From: the human T2T-CHM13v2.0 reference genome, Homo sapiens
Assembly (NCBI RefSeq): GCF_009914755.1
Contig: NC_060926.1
Length of the DNA stretch: 64,000 nucleotides
Direction: 5' to 3' (one strand)
Under the pieces are notes generated by a model. The model made no database searches. It was given only the letters and a program-made list of their open reading frames with translations, and was not told where the DNA came from. The position numbers and the translations under genes are program-made. Shown here one piece after another: positions 36,760 to 57,482 of the stretch. Within the stretch, counting starts at the first letter, position 1, and each line of letters opens with the position of its first letter.

Positions 36760-37172
36760 GAGGACTGTTTTTCAATAAAATAGTTTTTATTGAAAAATTA
36801 GAAGTATAGTCTCTGTTACTAATGTTGCTTTTAAAAAGTGTTCCTTTTGACATGAAAGTTTTGGGGGTGACTTGGGTTACCCCCCAAATGTTCATCCTTT
36901 TTCCTCCTCAGAATGGATAAAAGGAAAATCCACAAGATCCTCACAAAACATCAGGCCACTTTTGTGGCCATAAATCTCAAACCAAAGGAGCATCCCCATC
37001 TTCAAATAAATAGTGGAGGGGATGTGTCCCATGTGTTACCACCAGGGTGTCTTGGTTTTATATAAAATACATAAATCAATCTTTTAACAATATGCTTTTG
37101 CTTTTCCTTGTTTATGTTTAGTAATATTGACATTAAGTGACAACATATTTCATATTTTAAAAAAGAAATAAA

Positions 37173-37710
<538 letters not shown>

Positions 37711-37730
37711 AGCCTAAAACATATATTCCC

Positions 37731-37890
37731 TGATACAGTGCATTGAATGGTGACCCCCGAAAGATATGTCTAAATTCTAACCCGTGGTGCCAGTGAATAT
37801 AACCTTATTTGGAAAAAGGATCTTTGCAGATGTAATTAAGTTAATGAGCTCAAGATAAGAACATCCTGGGTTAACTGAGGACTGACCTGT
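37731..37890 (+). mobile_element. MLT1 (MaLR) LTR 5' fragment
   Basis: gaatggtgacccccgaaagatatgtc...ccttatttggaaaaaggatctttgcagatgtaattaagtt. Confidence 0.7.
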
Positions 37891-38089
37891 GAGATGAAAT
37901 CTATTTGCCATACCTTTCCAATTGGAATAAAAAGACATATGAAATAGTATGTCAGGTAAGAATGAGACCGTAGATGTGGATCAATTGGATCAAAATCAAT
38001 GACATAGAATGTAGATTTTATAGCCAATTAAAGGAAATGAAGACCAGTGTGGCTGGAGCAATGAGGGAAGAGTTAATGGGTTGGAGTCC

Positions 38090-38595
38090 GGAGGATCACT
38101 AGAGCCTAGGAGTTTGAGGCTGAAGTGAGCTATGAACATGCCACTCTATTCCAGTCTATGTGACAAAGCAAGACCCTGATTCTAAAAAAAAAAAAAAAAA
38201 AAGATAATGAGGCTTGATGACTGCATAGGACTCAGATGGGCAGAATGTAGAGGGAGGTATTCTAGGCAATAAGGACACTGGGTCAGGCATGGTGGCTCAT
38301 GCCTGTAGTCCCAACACTTTGGGAGGATTGAAGTGAGAAGACTGTTTGAGCCCAGGAGTTTGAGACCAGCCTGGGCAATGTGAAGAGACCCCATGTCTAA
38401 AAAAAAAAAAAATAAGCCACGCATAGTGGTTTGCACTGTGGTCCCAGCTACTCAAGAGGCTGAGGTGGGAGGTTGGCTTGAGCTTAGGACTTTGAGGCTG
38501 CAGTGAGCGATGTTTATGCCACCGCACTCCAGCTCTCCAGCGGGCAACACAGCAAGACCCTGTCTCAAAAACAAAACAAAATAAAACAAAAAAAC
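38090..38595 (+). mobile_element. Alu fragment plus AluJ-like element
   Basis: Diverged Alu consensus with A-rich tails. Confidence 0.8.
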
Positions 38596-38724
38596 CACAG
38601 GAGCAAAGACGTGAATGACATGAATGAACCTTGGGAAAGAGAGTTAGGGAGCTGACGTGAAGGACTCCCCACTATTATGCTTTCTTTGGCTCCATTTCTC
38701 TAGGAGACTTTCTTTGTCTTATTA

Positions 38725-39975
<1,251 letters not shown>

Positions 39976-40942
39976 ATATATTGGGCACCTACTACTTAAT
40001 GAATTCTCTCATGTAATCCTCACCACAACCTCATATGGCAGGTACAATTATTATCACCACTATAGAGATGGTGAAAACAAGATCCAGAGCTGTGTAGTAA
40101 CTTCACAAGGCCAAGAGTCAGGAGTAAAGTGAGAACAAGCCCCTGGCAGTCTGATTCCAAGCCTGTTACTGTTACCCACACTGCTATTCTGCCTCTGTCC
40201 TTAATAAGTGCTTTTTGAGAAATTAGTCCATGGGGAGGATTATTTTAATTAGCACACAAGGGAGAGGAGGGCTCTTTCTTGCTTATTTGTTCTTCTTTCT
40301 ATTTAATGGAATCTCGGAAGAAAAACCAAACTAGGAGTTTCTTTGTAGACTTAACTCATGCTCTTACAAACAGCAACAGCTTTTTGTGGGAAGTAGGGGC
40401 AAAAGGAGGGTGTCTGAAATATAACAAGCCTAGATTTAAATCTTGACTCTGTTACTAACTTGTTAACTTGGACAATTTATTCTCTCAACTTCAGCTTACT
40501 TGTTGGCAAGAAGTGGGTAATTATGGATCCATCTGGGATGATTAAATACGTGTATATAAAGCATTGAGCAGAAACTCAGAGAGCAGGAGTGAGCTTGCTA
40601 AATCTTAGCTTGCTTTCCTTTTTCCTTTTTATCATCTGAAGAGGATGACACTTACCTCTGAAGAATTTCATGTCAAAATATGCCATAATCACTAAAACGC
40701 CTGGCTGCTTCTCACATCCCAAATATTCGTCTTTAGTTGAGTTCTAAACTCGAATGGCAAACTGTGCTCCTTTCCCAAAAGCAAGGATGTCTTTCTTCTA
40801 AATTAGCCAGTGTCAGGAAGGGAGCTCAGTGGAATATTAGACAACCATCAAAAACAGTCATCACAACTGCTTAATAATAGGGAAAAGTGCTAAAGACATG
40901 ATATCAAGTAAACAGTGAGCAACAATCTGAGGTGCCCTGTGA

Positions 40943-41296
<354 letters not shown>

Positions 41297-41333
41297 CAAG
41301 ACATTTTTTTCTTTAAATTTTTTCCTTAATAGT

Positions 41334-41706
41334 TGCTATGAACTGAATTAGTTCCCCCATCAAAATTCATATGTTGAAGCCCTAATCCCCAATGTGATGG
41401 TATTTGGAGATAGGGCCTTTGAGGGGTGATTAGATTTAGAGGAGGTCGTGAGGGTGGGACTCTCATGGTGGTGGTATTAGTGTCCTTATAAGAAAAGATA
41501 CCAGTGAGTTCTTCCAACCACCCCTATATGAGGACAGCAAGAAGGTGGCTGCCTGCAGGCCAGGAAGAGAGCCCTCACCAGAACCCAAACATGCTGGTCC
41601 CTTGATCTTGGACTTCCCCAGCTCCAGAATGCTGGGAAATAAATATCTGTTGTTTAAACCACCAGTCTATGGTGTTTTGTTATTGCAGCTCAAGCTCACT
41701 AAGACA
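41334..41706 (+). mobile_element. MLT1A-like MaLR solo LTR
   Basis: TG...CA termini (tgctatgaactgaat...ctaagaca), aaaattcatatgttgaagccctaatcccc, AATAAA near 41638. Confidence 0.82.
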
Positions 41707-42165
41707 ATGGCATTCTAACATTGAACTAATAAATAAAGGGAAGAATTGAAGGAGAAGAGTGAAGGGGACTTTCTCATCAAAGTCTCTGTAAAGATATCTC
41801 AAGAGCCACAGTTCAAAGGGGAAGAAAAGCCTAAGAAGAAAAGGTTTAGATAAGTTTTACAACAAGGAGTGAAACAGAAGATTTCAAACCTTCCATTTTC
41901 AGAAGGTGGGTGGTGGAATGGCTCCATATGTGCAGTCACTTGCTGCTCAAGAGCTGAATGGAAACTCTGACTTACGTGCTACAATGTTTGACATTTCATT
42001 GAGTTATTTATTCATGATGTTCCAGCTCACCCTAGTAATGGTCTTTTTGAAGAGTTCTGTAATTTTGCTACGTGTGTTAGTGTCATCTTCCCCAAAAGGT
42101 TATAACATGTCCAGGGCATGGCTGTGACCCCTCTTTAACACCTAGCACGGGACACAGGAAATAGT

Positions 42166-42488
<323 letters not shown>

Positions 42489-43359
42489 GGAAATACTCAT
42501 CTTTAAGAATGGAACCCAAACAGTGACAGGGAAAAGGCAGACTAACATGTCCATCCTGAAGAACGCTGCCAAAGAAAGCTGGTGGGTTTTCTGGGAGATT
42601 CCGAAGAAAAAGGGAAATAATGGAAAAGACCTATAGCCATTTAAAATTTTGTGCCAAGTGTATACATCCCCTTCTTGTTGAAACGATGCCCTGACTGGCG
42701 TCTGGAAAGCCAATGCCTCCTTGCCTCTTCCCTCTCTGCCTCCTCAGCTCTCAGTGAGCGTATTGAGGAGTAAAGCATGGGTCCTTGGCCCACACCAGTC
42801 AGTTGTCACAGCCTCCTGGCCAGGACCCAGCAATGAGTTCAGGGTGGGTATGCGACCCACTGAGAGACCATGAGACACAGGGACACTTCTGTTGGGAAGG
42901 ACAGAAAAGAGCCGAGCTTTTTTCCCTACTGGTCATGAAATAACAGAAACAGGGCTGCTGCCATCTGGCTGCAAAGTAGCCCAAGAATAAAGCCAACGAG
43001 GGGAACAGGAGAGGAACTGGGTCCTGGTGGCATCGCTTGTGCTCTGATCAAATTCCACCCTGATCAGGCTAAATGAAGAATTTTCAACCTCCTGAATGTG
43101 TAAATTCTCTCCTTGCTTAAGTCACTTTGGGTTGAGCTTTCTGTCACTTGTCACTGACATGAGGAACTTGATTTGGAGTCAAGAAGACTCGGACTCAAAT
43201 CCTGACTTCCACCTGGCTACTCGCTAGCAATGTCATCATGACCACATTGTTTATCCTGTCTGAGCCTCACTCATCCATCAGTGCTATTCTGAGTATGTAA
43301 TAACTATTATATTTTAAAAGTACCAGTAGAGGGTCTGGACAAAATAAGGTGATTAACAA

Positions 43360-43658
43360 TTTTTTTTTTTTTTTGAGACAGGGTCTTGCTCTGTTGACCA
43401 GGCTGGAGTGCAGTGGCAAAATCTTGGCTCACTGCAGCCTCTGCATACCAGGCTCAAGCGATCCTCCCACCTCAGTCTCCTGGGTAGGTGGGATCACAGG
43501 CGTGCAACACTATGCCCAGCTAATTTTTGTATTTTTTTGCAGAGACAAGATTTCGCCATGTTGCCCAGTCTGGTCTCGAACTCCTGGACTCAAGAAATCT
43601 GCCTGCCTTGGCCTCCCACAGTGAAGAGATTACTGGCATGAGCCACTGCACCTGGCCA
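43360..43658 (-). mobile_element. AluJ-like
   Basis: TSD aggtgattaacaattt. Confidence 0.88.
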
Positions 43659-43686
43659 GGTGATTAACAATTTAATTAACAATTTA

Positions 43687-44622
<936 letters not shown>

Positions 44623-44900
44623 CTACTGTGTTTAATCAGAAAAGATTCCAGAAACACTGAGTCAAAAGTCATATCTGCAAAGCCATGGGCAGGAAGTAAC
44701 TGGCAGATGGGAAAATTATTATTATTACCCCTTCTGAGGTGAGTGATTCTTGCTCTTTCATGGTTAAAACAGGAACAATGCTACTGTTCTCTGTATTAGA
44801 TTGCCCTTGAATATTGTCTTCAGTGTTAGTACCATACTTTATTCTTCTTATAATTCATTATTTGTAAAACATAGCTAATAATAACAATGACTCCAATTTA

Positions 44901-45376
<476 letters not shown>

Positions 45377-47198
45377 TTATCAGCTGGTACAGAAGTACAC
45401 TGATGTGGACCAGTTGAATATCAGTCCTGGCTACTGCTTCCTTTCTTCATGCTGCTTGGATTTCTGACATAATGGCAGGAGCTCAAGCATCCATCCTGAA
45501 CCATGAGGTAGAAACCTTGTTAAAGGTGACAAAGCAACAACAAAGGAGCCTGGATTCCTGGTGATTATGAGTAACTTCTCCTTGCACACAGCTTGCAGGT
45601 GGTGGAGCAGATTCTGTGCTTTTAACCTCATACACATACATGTTTATGTGCATGTATATGCATGTACATATGTATATGCATATGAAATAAAACATCACAT
45701 AAAAGTGCATGCTGCATTTATACAAAATGTGGTCTGATTTTTCTATTTTATTCTAGTCCATTTTCCTCCCTCCCACTCTCCTTTCCTCTTTTTTCTTTCT
45801 TTTTTTTCAATTGTGATTGCCAACTTCTAAATTGAGTCATGTCATGCAGGCAGGAAAGCATGCATGCTGCAAATTACAGCCAGCAGAGGTCGGCCTTGAG
45901 GAGTGTGGCACATGCCTGGGGAAAAGGACGTGGAGTACAAGAGCATCTCCCTGTCACACAGCCATCGTGTGGAGAGCCGATGGCACCTATACCAGGCTGG
46001 CCCACAGCGCAGAACTGGGAGAAGTGACAGGAACACTGCACAGGGATCTTCCTCTCAAAAAGCGAAGCCTGGGGCCGGGTCACCCAGCAGGAGGCGTCTT
46101 CCGAACCTAAGAGCCTTCTGTTTCACTCAGCATCAACTCCCTGACATTTGCTAGATTAGGGGGAAAGGGAAATGATCCTTTCCTTCGTAGATGATCCCAA
46201 AACATATGCGACTGTGGATCGCAGCTGGGGATGTGTCGCGTCCCCTCGGTGCTCAGCCTCTGCGTATCCACGGTGCCCATAAACACAGCGTCCGCTGCTC
46301 CGAACCTCGCTCTTACCCAGCCCTCCTGGCCCTGACTGTCCTCCTGGATTGCATGAAGAGTTTTAAGGAAACAAATAAACTGCCCTGGGATGAAACAGAA
46401 CTTGCTGTACAGGCTTGGAGCTGGGAACCCTGGGTTTGCCGGCCATGGAGAGGGATTTAGCACATGACGGCACCTCAGGCTCCACACCCAGGGCTCCTAA
46501 GTTCTCCCTTTTTTAGGGTGCAGTGCTGTGTGTCTCCTGCCACATTCTCATGTGAGAGTTGTTCAGGGGCCGCTCTGTCTCCCCTATAAGGTCTAGAATT
46601 CTGAAGGAGAAAACTACGTTAGTCATTTCTGAATCACTCCCCACCCACCGCCCCTGCATTCAGCGGGTTCTCCAACCACATCCTCCTGAGTAGGGGCCCC
46701 TGGCTGTCCGTTTAATGTAAGCCTGTGTTGGCCCTCCCCTTCAGGCAAAGCACCACCAAGTGCTGAGAGAATCTCCGAGCTGGTGTCACTTGTAATCACT
46801 GGCTTTTCAGGGAACCCATTTTATTACGGCTTCTTGAGTTTTCTTTTGTGAAGCCACAGCCAGTCCTTCTTGGCTGACTCCAAGTGTGGTCAGGAAGCAG
46901 TGGTAACCCATGTCTGTCTATTGCAAGTCTACACTGCCACACAAAGCCTGAGGTACGGCTGCTGCTGCGGGTCTGTTGATCTGAACTGCTGATTTGAAGT
47001 GGATTGAGAGGATGGAACAATAGAAGGAGGATATGGCTCAGGACAGTCAAGTACTGGAAGAGGAAAGGTACAAAGAGGTGTTGGCACTGAATGACCCTGA
47101 ACAGGGCTGCCCTGGAAATATCAGAGGTGAGTGACAAAGAGAACTCTAGTTGAAGGTCTGGAAGTCAATTATTGTCTCCAGCTTTTGTCCCACCCTAA

Positions 47199-47666
<468 letters not shown>

Positions 47667-48014
47667 AATCTGCTCTAATTTTTTAAAGCATATCATTTGC
47701 AAACTTTGGCACTTGAGTCACTCAGTAAGATATTATTTACAACCCCACCATAGATTCAAACCTCTGTCCCTAGAATGTTGTCGAGTTAGGCATCTGGCTT
47801 GCAGCAACAGCTGGCTTTCCTGTCTATGCTGTCTCCTTCCAGGGAGGATGTTTCACCCTTCATATTGAGGAAATGGGCACAGAGAACCCATTTCTCTTAC
47901 TCATCATGTAACTTCAGTGGGATGGTCAGATCTATCTTTAACCTGGCCACTCTTCCACAAGCTCACACTGTCTCCAGCAAGATCTTAAACTAGAAGGCAG
48001 GAGTTCAAATCCTA

Positions 48015-48355
<341 letters not shown>

Positions 48356-48505
48356 TGAGTCTTTGTTTCTCATCAATTGAATGGCAATAAACAACTTGGT
48401 GGCCCAAGAGTTGATGACAACAGTCCTATAAGATTATACATGTAAAAGAAACAGAGTATTCTACAAATATCAGTTATTGATAGTTCAATAGGCAACCTGA
48501 CATTA

Positions 48506-48742
<237 letters not shown>

Positions 48743-48775
48743 TTAGAAGTGAATTCTACTTACTTATTACTTAAA

Positions 48776-48965
48776 AGTGGTTCTCAAACTTCAAGGTGAA
48801 TCAAAATCATCTGTAGAGCTTGTTAAAACACAGGTTGCTGGTCCCACCCCAAGAGTGTCTGATGCAGTAGGTCTCAAGTAGGGCTCAAGAATATGCATTT
48901 CTAATGAGCTCCCAGGTGATGCTAATGTTGATGCTGCTGGTCTGGGGACCACAACTTTGGGAACA
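48776..48965. mobile_element. MER5A (hAT-Charlie)
   Basis: agtggttctcaaactt...aatatgcatttctaa..agctcccaggtgatgct...ggaccacaactttgggaac. Confidence 0.8.
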
Positions 48966-49198
48966 ATTGATTTAGAAGAACTCAAAGATCAGAAAGGGGT
49001 GGAATATTTTTAAAATTGTGGTAAAATACGCATAAACAGAAAAGGTACAATTTTAACCACTTAGAGAGAGGTGGGATCTAAGAACAGAAATTGTTATGCC
49101 ATCAAAGGTGAGTTCAGATAAGCATTATTAAATGGTATCTATGGATAAACTTCAGGGGCCCTGTGGAGCCAACCCAATGCTGGGATGGGGTCCAGGTG

Positions 49199-49629
49199 TG
49201 CTATGGTTTGGATGTGGTTTGTCCCTACAAAAACTCATGTTGAAATTTAATTGCCAGTGTAACATTATTGAGAGGTTATGGACTTTTAAGAGGCATTTGG
49301 GTCATGAGGGATCCACCTTCAGGGATTAGTGCAGTCTCCAGGGAGTGAGTGAGTTCCCATTCTAGTGGGACTGGATTAGTTACCATACAGTGGTTGTTAT
49401 AAAGTGAGGCTGCTTCTGGTGTTTTATCTGTTTGCAGGCACTTCCTTCCCCTTCCACTTCTCTGCCAGGTTAGGATGCAGCATGAGGCCCTCACCAGAAG
49501 CTGACCAGATGTGGCTGCCTGATCTTGAACTTCCCAGTCCCCAGAACCATGAGCTAAATAAACCTTTTTTCTCTATAAATTACGCAGTCTAGAGTATTCT
49601 ATTATAGCAACACAAGACAGACTAAGACA
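49199..49629 (+). mobile_element. MST-type MaLR solo LTR
   Basis: tgctatggtttggatgtggtttgtccc...aaaactcatgttgaaatt...aaataaacct...gactaagaca. Confidence 0.85.
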
Positions 49630-50247
49630 CAGTGGTAGAAAGAACACTACTGACTTCTCCCATACTCTGGCCTATGGACAAGAGTGACAGACAGACAAGA
49701 GTGAATATCAGGGCCCTCAGGCACATTCCTCTCTGCCCCTTCCTCCCTTCTTGCAGAGTCTCCAGTGACTGCCAGCCTCAATGCTATCATAGACCCCACC
49801 TTTCCCCTGACTTGATTGGACCAGAAGCAGCCTCCTGATCCATGGCCAACAATCAGATTCACTTTCAAGAATTTGAACTAAGAGACACTAGGAAGATGGC
49901 CCTTGAGCTGTGAGTCCTACACTTGAAAGTTCTTAGCATCTTGGTCAGGTACCCACCAGGGCCATGTGCAAACTGAGATAATGGGGACATGGAACAAGGG
50001 TAAGTGGAGAGGGCTGGCTGGAGAGAGACGGGCAGAGGAAAGCCCTGCCAAGAGGAGCAGAGATGAGAGACCTTGGAGGGAGAGGTAATAAAAGGAGGCA
50101 AAGATGATTTTCCATGCTTACAACTCACAGCTGAGGCCTAACTATCTTTATGTCCATAAGAGGCATCCTTGTGTCGAACCTCTCCTCTTTCTTGGGTCAA
50201 TGGGGGATGGTTGCAAGGGACCATCAGTAGGAAGGCATAGTACACTA

Positions 50248-50619
<372 letters not shown>

Positions 50620-50840
50620 TTAATTAAAGGAGTCAACTCTAGACTCTGAAGGAGAAAGATCTACAATTTTCAATAACATAGTCTACCCTCCCCACCAACC
50701 CCCACCTTCACCTCTTCTTTCATCACAGGCTTACAGGGCACCTCTTAGAGCCAGGCACGGTGTTGGGATCAGGAACAAGGCCACTGCTCACATCCAGAGC
50801 CTGTGCTACTTAAGAAGCTTAGTTAAGAGGCCACCATCTA

Positions 50841-51505
<665 letters not shown>

Positions 51506-52759
51506 AAGTTATATTAGCTGTTATCATTAAAATGGAAGCAAATGTAATTTCCTCTTCTTATTTCTAGCCATTTCAGTATCAAGGAAAACGTCTCAGGGCT
51601 GACATGCTGTTTGACTTCACTTTAAATTACCTTTTTTGCGGGGCTTGGAGTTTGGTCATTTTACTCACAGTAACTTTTTCCTCCTCTGAGCAACTAAAAG
51701 CTACCAAAAGATACCAATAGTAACCACTTTAAAAGGAGCCAGGCATAGTCTTTACTTTCTCATAGCCACCTGTGACTTTCTTTACAGATGGGGAGTCAGA
51801 AGCTCGAGAGGCCGAGCGGGTTGCCCATGACTGCGCAGTTAGTGGAGCTGTGACTCCACACAGTCCTCATCCCTCCCTGTGCTGGGTCAATGCAGTGGGG
51901 ACAAATGACCCAGGGTGGCGTGCTTAGGGAAGCAAGGGTTTTCTCCTTCCTGAAAGACGGATATGCCATGAGGCAGCCGGTGATGTCCCAGGGCTGGAGA
52001 GCTAGAGGAGCCTCGGAGGCCCCCAGCCTGTCTTCTGCCAAGCGGAGAACTCCCTGGGAGCACAGCTTTTTCTGATAAGTGGATGGGGGACCTCCTCGTG
52101 TGCCTCCTGCAGAACCGAGAACCCTGGAGTGTGCCGCAGCTCTTCATTTCTGGGCTTGAGGCTGTTCTCAGGCCCTCAGACAGCTGTGTGCCGTTGGGGA
52201 GTGGCCGCTGAGGGCCCCTGAGGCTCAGAGAGGGCTGTGCAGGTGCTCCGGGGAGAGGGTGGGAATGGGGGCAGGTGCCTGCTCCTCCCTGCCCTGCTTT
52301 CGCCCTCTTCCCTCGCAGCCCACAGGAAGAGGCCCCTTCAAGGGGAGGGTGGGGTTCCAGGACAGGGAGGGAGGGGACACTGGGAAGGTGGGCAGCACGA
52401 TTCAGGCTCCTGTGGACACAACTCAGCCCCTGTTCTCAGGGCAGGCTCAGCTGTTCTCCCTGTCCTGGGTGTGGTAACTGTGCATGGGAAATGCTACCAG
52501 GCATGAGACCACAATCCCAGGAAGGAACAGTGTGCTCTCCAGCTCAGGGGTTGTCAGCTGTCATTTCCGAATCTTTGAGGCTGCCTCTGAGGGGCCAACC
52601 CTACCCAAGGAAGTAAAAGGAATAGATAACCATTGCAGAACATTTATAAATGGCTGCTAAGTTTGTCCAGGGAGAGTTTTACTATTTGGCTGGCCAGCTA
52701 CAGACTGAAGTTTCAGTGCTTTACCCAGACACTGGTAGAAGTGTCTTGAAAATGTGGTA

Positions 52760-53097
<338 letters not shown>

Positions 53098-53413
53098 TCA
53101 CATCCTCAAGTACCAGCCATGCAGTGCCTCTGCTGCCTGTCAGAGGCACGCCACCTCCGCACAACAGAGATGGTTTTAAAATGGCAGCTTTGTCTGAACC
53201 CATTAGCCTAGCAACAAGCTCTGGTTTAATTCCATGAGGAGGACAAAAGGCAGCTTTAGTCATCACAGGCACAAGCAGACCTCGAAGACCCTAGAGTGTT
53301 ACGTAAGGCCCAGAAACCTTGTCAGCCAGCCCGCAAGCACAGGCCCTGGGCAGCAAGCAAGTTTAGGTTCAGGTGAGGCATTCACAAAAACAACTGAAAC
53401 TGATCATATGTGA

Positions 53414-53791
<378 letters not shown>

Positions 53792-53983
53792 TGAGAAAGC
53801 CCTAGTTCAAATCCCAACCCTGGAGCTCACCACCTTGGTTAAATTGTTTAAACCTTAGGGTGTGTTTTGAGAGGTTGAGATGATGTGAGAATGAAGTGCC
53901 TCCCAGGTGTCTGGGATAAGCAAGCACTAAAATAGCTGTTACTCAGATGTCTTTGTGGCTGCATCTGTCACCTTTGATTAGAT

Positions 53984-54329
53984 CAGTGGTCCCCAACATT
54001 CTTGGCACCAGGGACCGGTTTCGTGGAAGACAATTTTTCCACAGACTTGGGGGAGGTAGGGGGGATGATGGGGATGATTTGGGGATGAAATTGTTCCACC
54101 TCAGATTATCAGGCATTTGATTCTCATAAGGAGCACGCAACCTGGATCCCTCGCATGCGCAGTTCACAATAGGGTTTGTGCTCCTATCTAATATGGTCGC
54201 TGATCTGACAGGAGGTGGAACTCAGGTGGTAATGCTTGCTCGCCTGCCACTCACCTCCTGCTGTGCAGCCAGGTTCCTAACAGGCCATGGACCAGTACTG
54301 GTGCTCCGCCTGGGGGCTGGGGACCCCTA
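53984..54329 (+). mobile_element. MER1B (hAT-Charlie) with 8-bp TSD
   Basis: cagtggtccccaac...ggcaccagggaccggtttcgtggaagacaatttttccac...ggggacccct; TSD (g/a)attagat. Confidence 0.88.
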
Positions 54330-54501
54330 AATTAGATCATCTTATTATTTGTAGATAACAAAAGCAGCAGTGTCTACTACACAGACAGCTAGAAACACAC
54401 AGACATTGGGATAGGACTGGTGCTAATTTGTCCATTTCAAGCACTCTGCCTCAGGTAAAATGGAGGGTCCATGTAGCTGAAGCTCAGTTTGACATTCCTG
54501 A

Positions 54502-54810
<309 letters not shown>

Positions 54811-55371
54811 AAACTTGGCCTTTAAAGGGATAATTCCTCAGGTAAACCATCCTCCTTGGTGACGGAGATGGTGGGATTCAAAACCACAGGTGAGTGTAGG
54901 GGGCTGCTCTGCCTCCCTCATGGGAGGCACAGGCTGAAAGCAGCGGGGAGTGGTTTTGTGCCCAAACCTGAAGAGGCAGGGGGTCCAATGTGGGTGCATA
55001 CCAGTGGCCAGACATCCTTGGAAAGGCCCACAGGAAGGCAGCTCTCCAGGGTTATAGGAATACTGCCAGCACTCGGAAGGTGCAGGAGAAAACGTGGGCA
55101 CCATCAGATAGACCTTGTCACAGGAGAATAGTTGGGACTCCAGGGAATGAAGCAAGTAAGTCACACAGCAGTGACCAAGCCTAAGAGAGAAACCTGGTAG
55201 TTGGATAGGAGGCTCCTAACACACTTTCTCTAATGAGCCCGCATCATTAGACTTGAGAAAAGCAGTACTGGGTACAGGAGGGAGTACTGAGCTTACTGGA
55301 AGGTCCAGACAGCTGGGATCTGATTTAGTAGACCTGGGTGTGAAATGTTTGTTTTTTTAAAAATGTGGTAA

Positions 55372-55690
<319 letters not shown>

Positions 55691-56074
55691 TACCATCATA
55701 ACCATTAAATGTATAGTTCAGTGGTGTTAAGTGGACGCTTATCGTCATGGAACCATCACCCCCATTGATGAGTTGCCTTTTTAAAACTCAGAATGAACCC
55801 CAGAATCTCAATTCTCGGCAGATTTCTACACAAGCAAGCAGAGGATCTATGTAAATATTCACCTTAACAAGCTAACCCTTGTATCCCTTCTAGGAAAGAC
55901 TGCCTAACATCCGATGTTCTCTAGGGATGCTTGCAATGGAAATCTCCCCAGACACAACTCAGCCGGTCTCTGCTGTTGATGGAAGTTCAGTTTATGCAGT
56001 AGCCAAAGCATTAAATGTCTAATCTGCTCTCTGAAACCTTCGCTGCATTCATCATTAATGTGGAAAAGGGCTCA

Positions 56075-56197
<123 letters not shown>

Positions 56198-56316
56198 CTA
56201 AGCACTGTCAAGACTAACAGCCTCTCAGAAGTACGCTTTTTTGTTTCTCCCCTTATCACTAAACCAAATATTCCAAAGCAGGATTTTCCAAAGGAAAAGA
56301 TGGAGATGGAATGAGA

Positions 56317-56318
<2 letters not shown>

Positions 56319-56352
<34 letters not shown>
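56319..56352. repeat. (GT)17 microsatellite followed by a GC box
   Basis: Read directly; ggggcgggg at ~56355-56363. Confidence 0.95.
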
Positions 56353-56354
<2 letters not shown>

Positions 56355-57034
56355 GGGGCGGGGGGTGCCTGTGCCTGTATGTTGTTGGGAATGCATCACC
56401 TATGTGCTCATCCATGCGCCTCTGTGCTCAGCACACAGAAAGCACGCAGTGTTGATGGCTAAATGAATGCGTGAAGGAGTGTGTATGCCAGAAATGGGAG
56501 GCAGTTAGAGGCCAGTGCTGCCCCTGGTGCTTCCTCCATAGACCCTCACATTTGGCCAGGATGGGGGTGGTGGAGCCTTCAGCCACGCATGGCTCCACAG
56601 TCATCCCTGTGAATCCTACCGGGTGTTTGGTTTTGGTTTAAATTTCAGGCCACCGTTTGAAGTCCACCCCCAGTTATCCCTAGCCAGGCCAAGAGCTAGG
56701 GCCTGTGGAGTACGCACTGGGGACTTCCTCTTTAGCAGAGACAACCCTCATGGTCCTGGTCGTCGACACCCCCATCCACACTTCTGATGAGGATGTCCCC
56801 TCTGCCCTGTCTCTGGCCTGCATGTGCTCAAAGAACTTCAGATTCACAGAGTCTACACAGGACCATGCCAACACCCCCAGTGCTGCGCTCCCCTCCACGA
56901 GCCTGGCTGGCCGTACCTGTCTACCCTTGGCCTGATTAGATCATTACCTGTCTTATCCCTCCCACTGATCATCTGCTTCTTCAAGACAAGGACTAATGGT
57001 TACTGTCACCTGGTCAGAACCAAGTGCTCTGTGA

Positions 57035-57157
57035 ATGCCTAGTGTTCCATTATGGGAATGCTAAGCCTGTGGAAGTTACTTATATCCTACTGCTCAAGGT
57101 CTTCGCTAAGGTCTGATTGCAAAAGTTCAAAAAATTGCAGCCTCAGGCATAAATGGG
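57035..57157 (+). mobile_element. MER85 piggyBac-derived MITE (left end clipped)
   Basis: atgcctagtgttccattat.ggaa.gctaagc.tgtgg.agtta.ttatatcctactgctcaaggtc...gcataaatggg|TTAA. Confidence 0.85.
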
Positions 57158-57482
57158 TTAATAAGTGGTTCACTACTGGCTCCCTGTTTCTTTCTCAGTC
57201 AAGTTGTCATCAGTGTTCACTAAAGACCACACTGGCAGGTATCACTCCAGCATTCCCTGCCCACTCTCGCAGCTCTTCCTTATGTCTGTCAGTTCTGCAC
57301 AACACATCGTCACTGAGTTCCTACCTCTGAAAGTCACACTGTGTGGGGATGGTGGGTAGGGATTCACATTTAGAGATAAATAATATCCACAGAGGTTTAC
57401 ACCTTTAATAGGGAGGGTTAGCAAATGCACCAATCACACGAGGAGAAGACAGAAATTTAGAAGTGCTGTAAGAAGCCCACAC

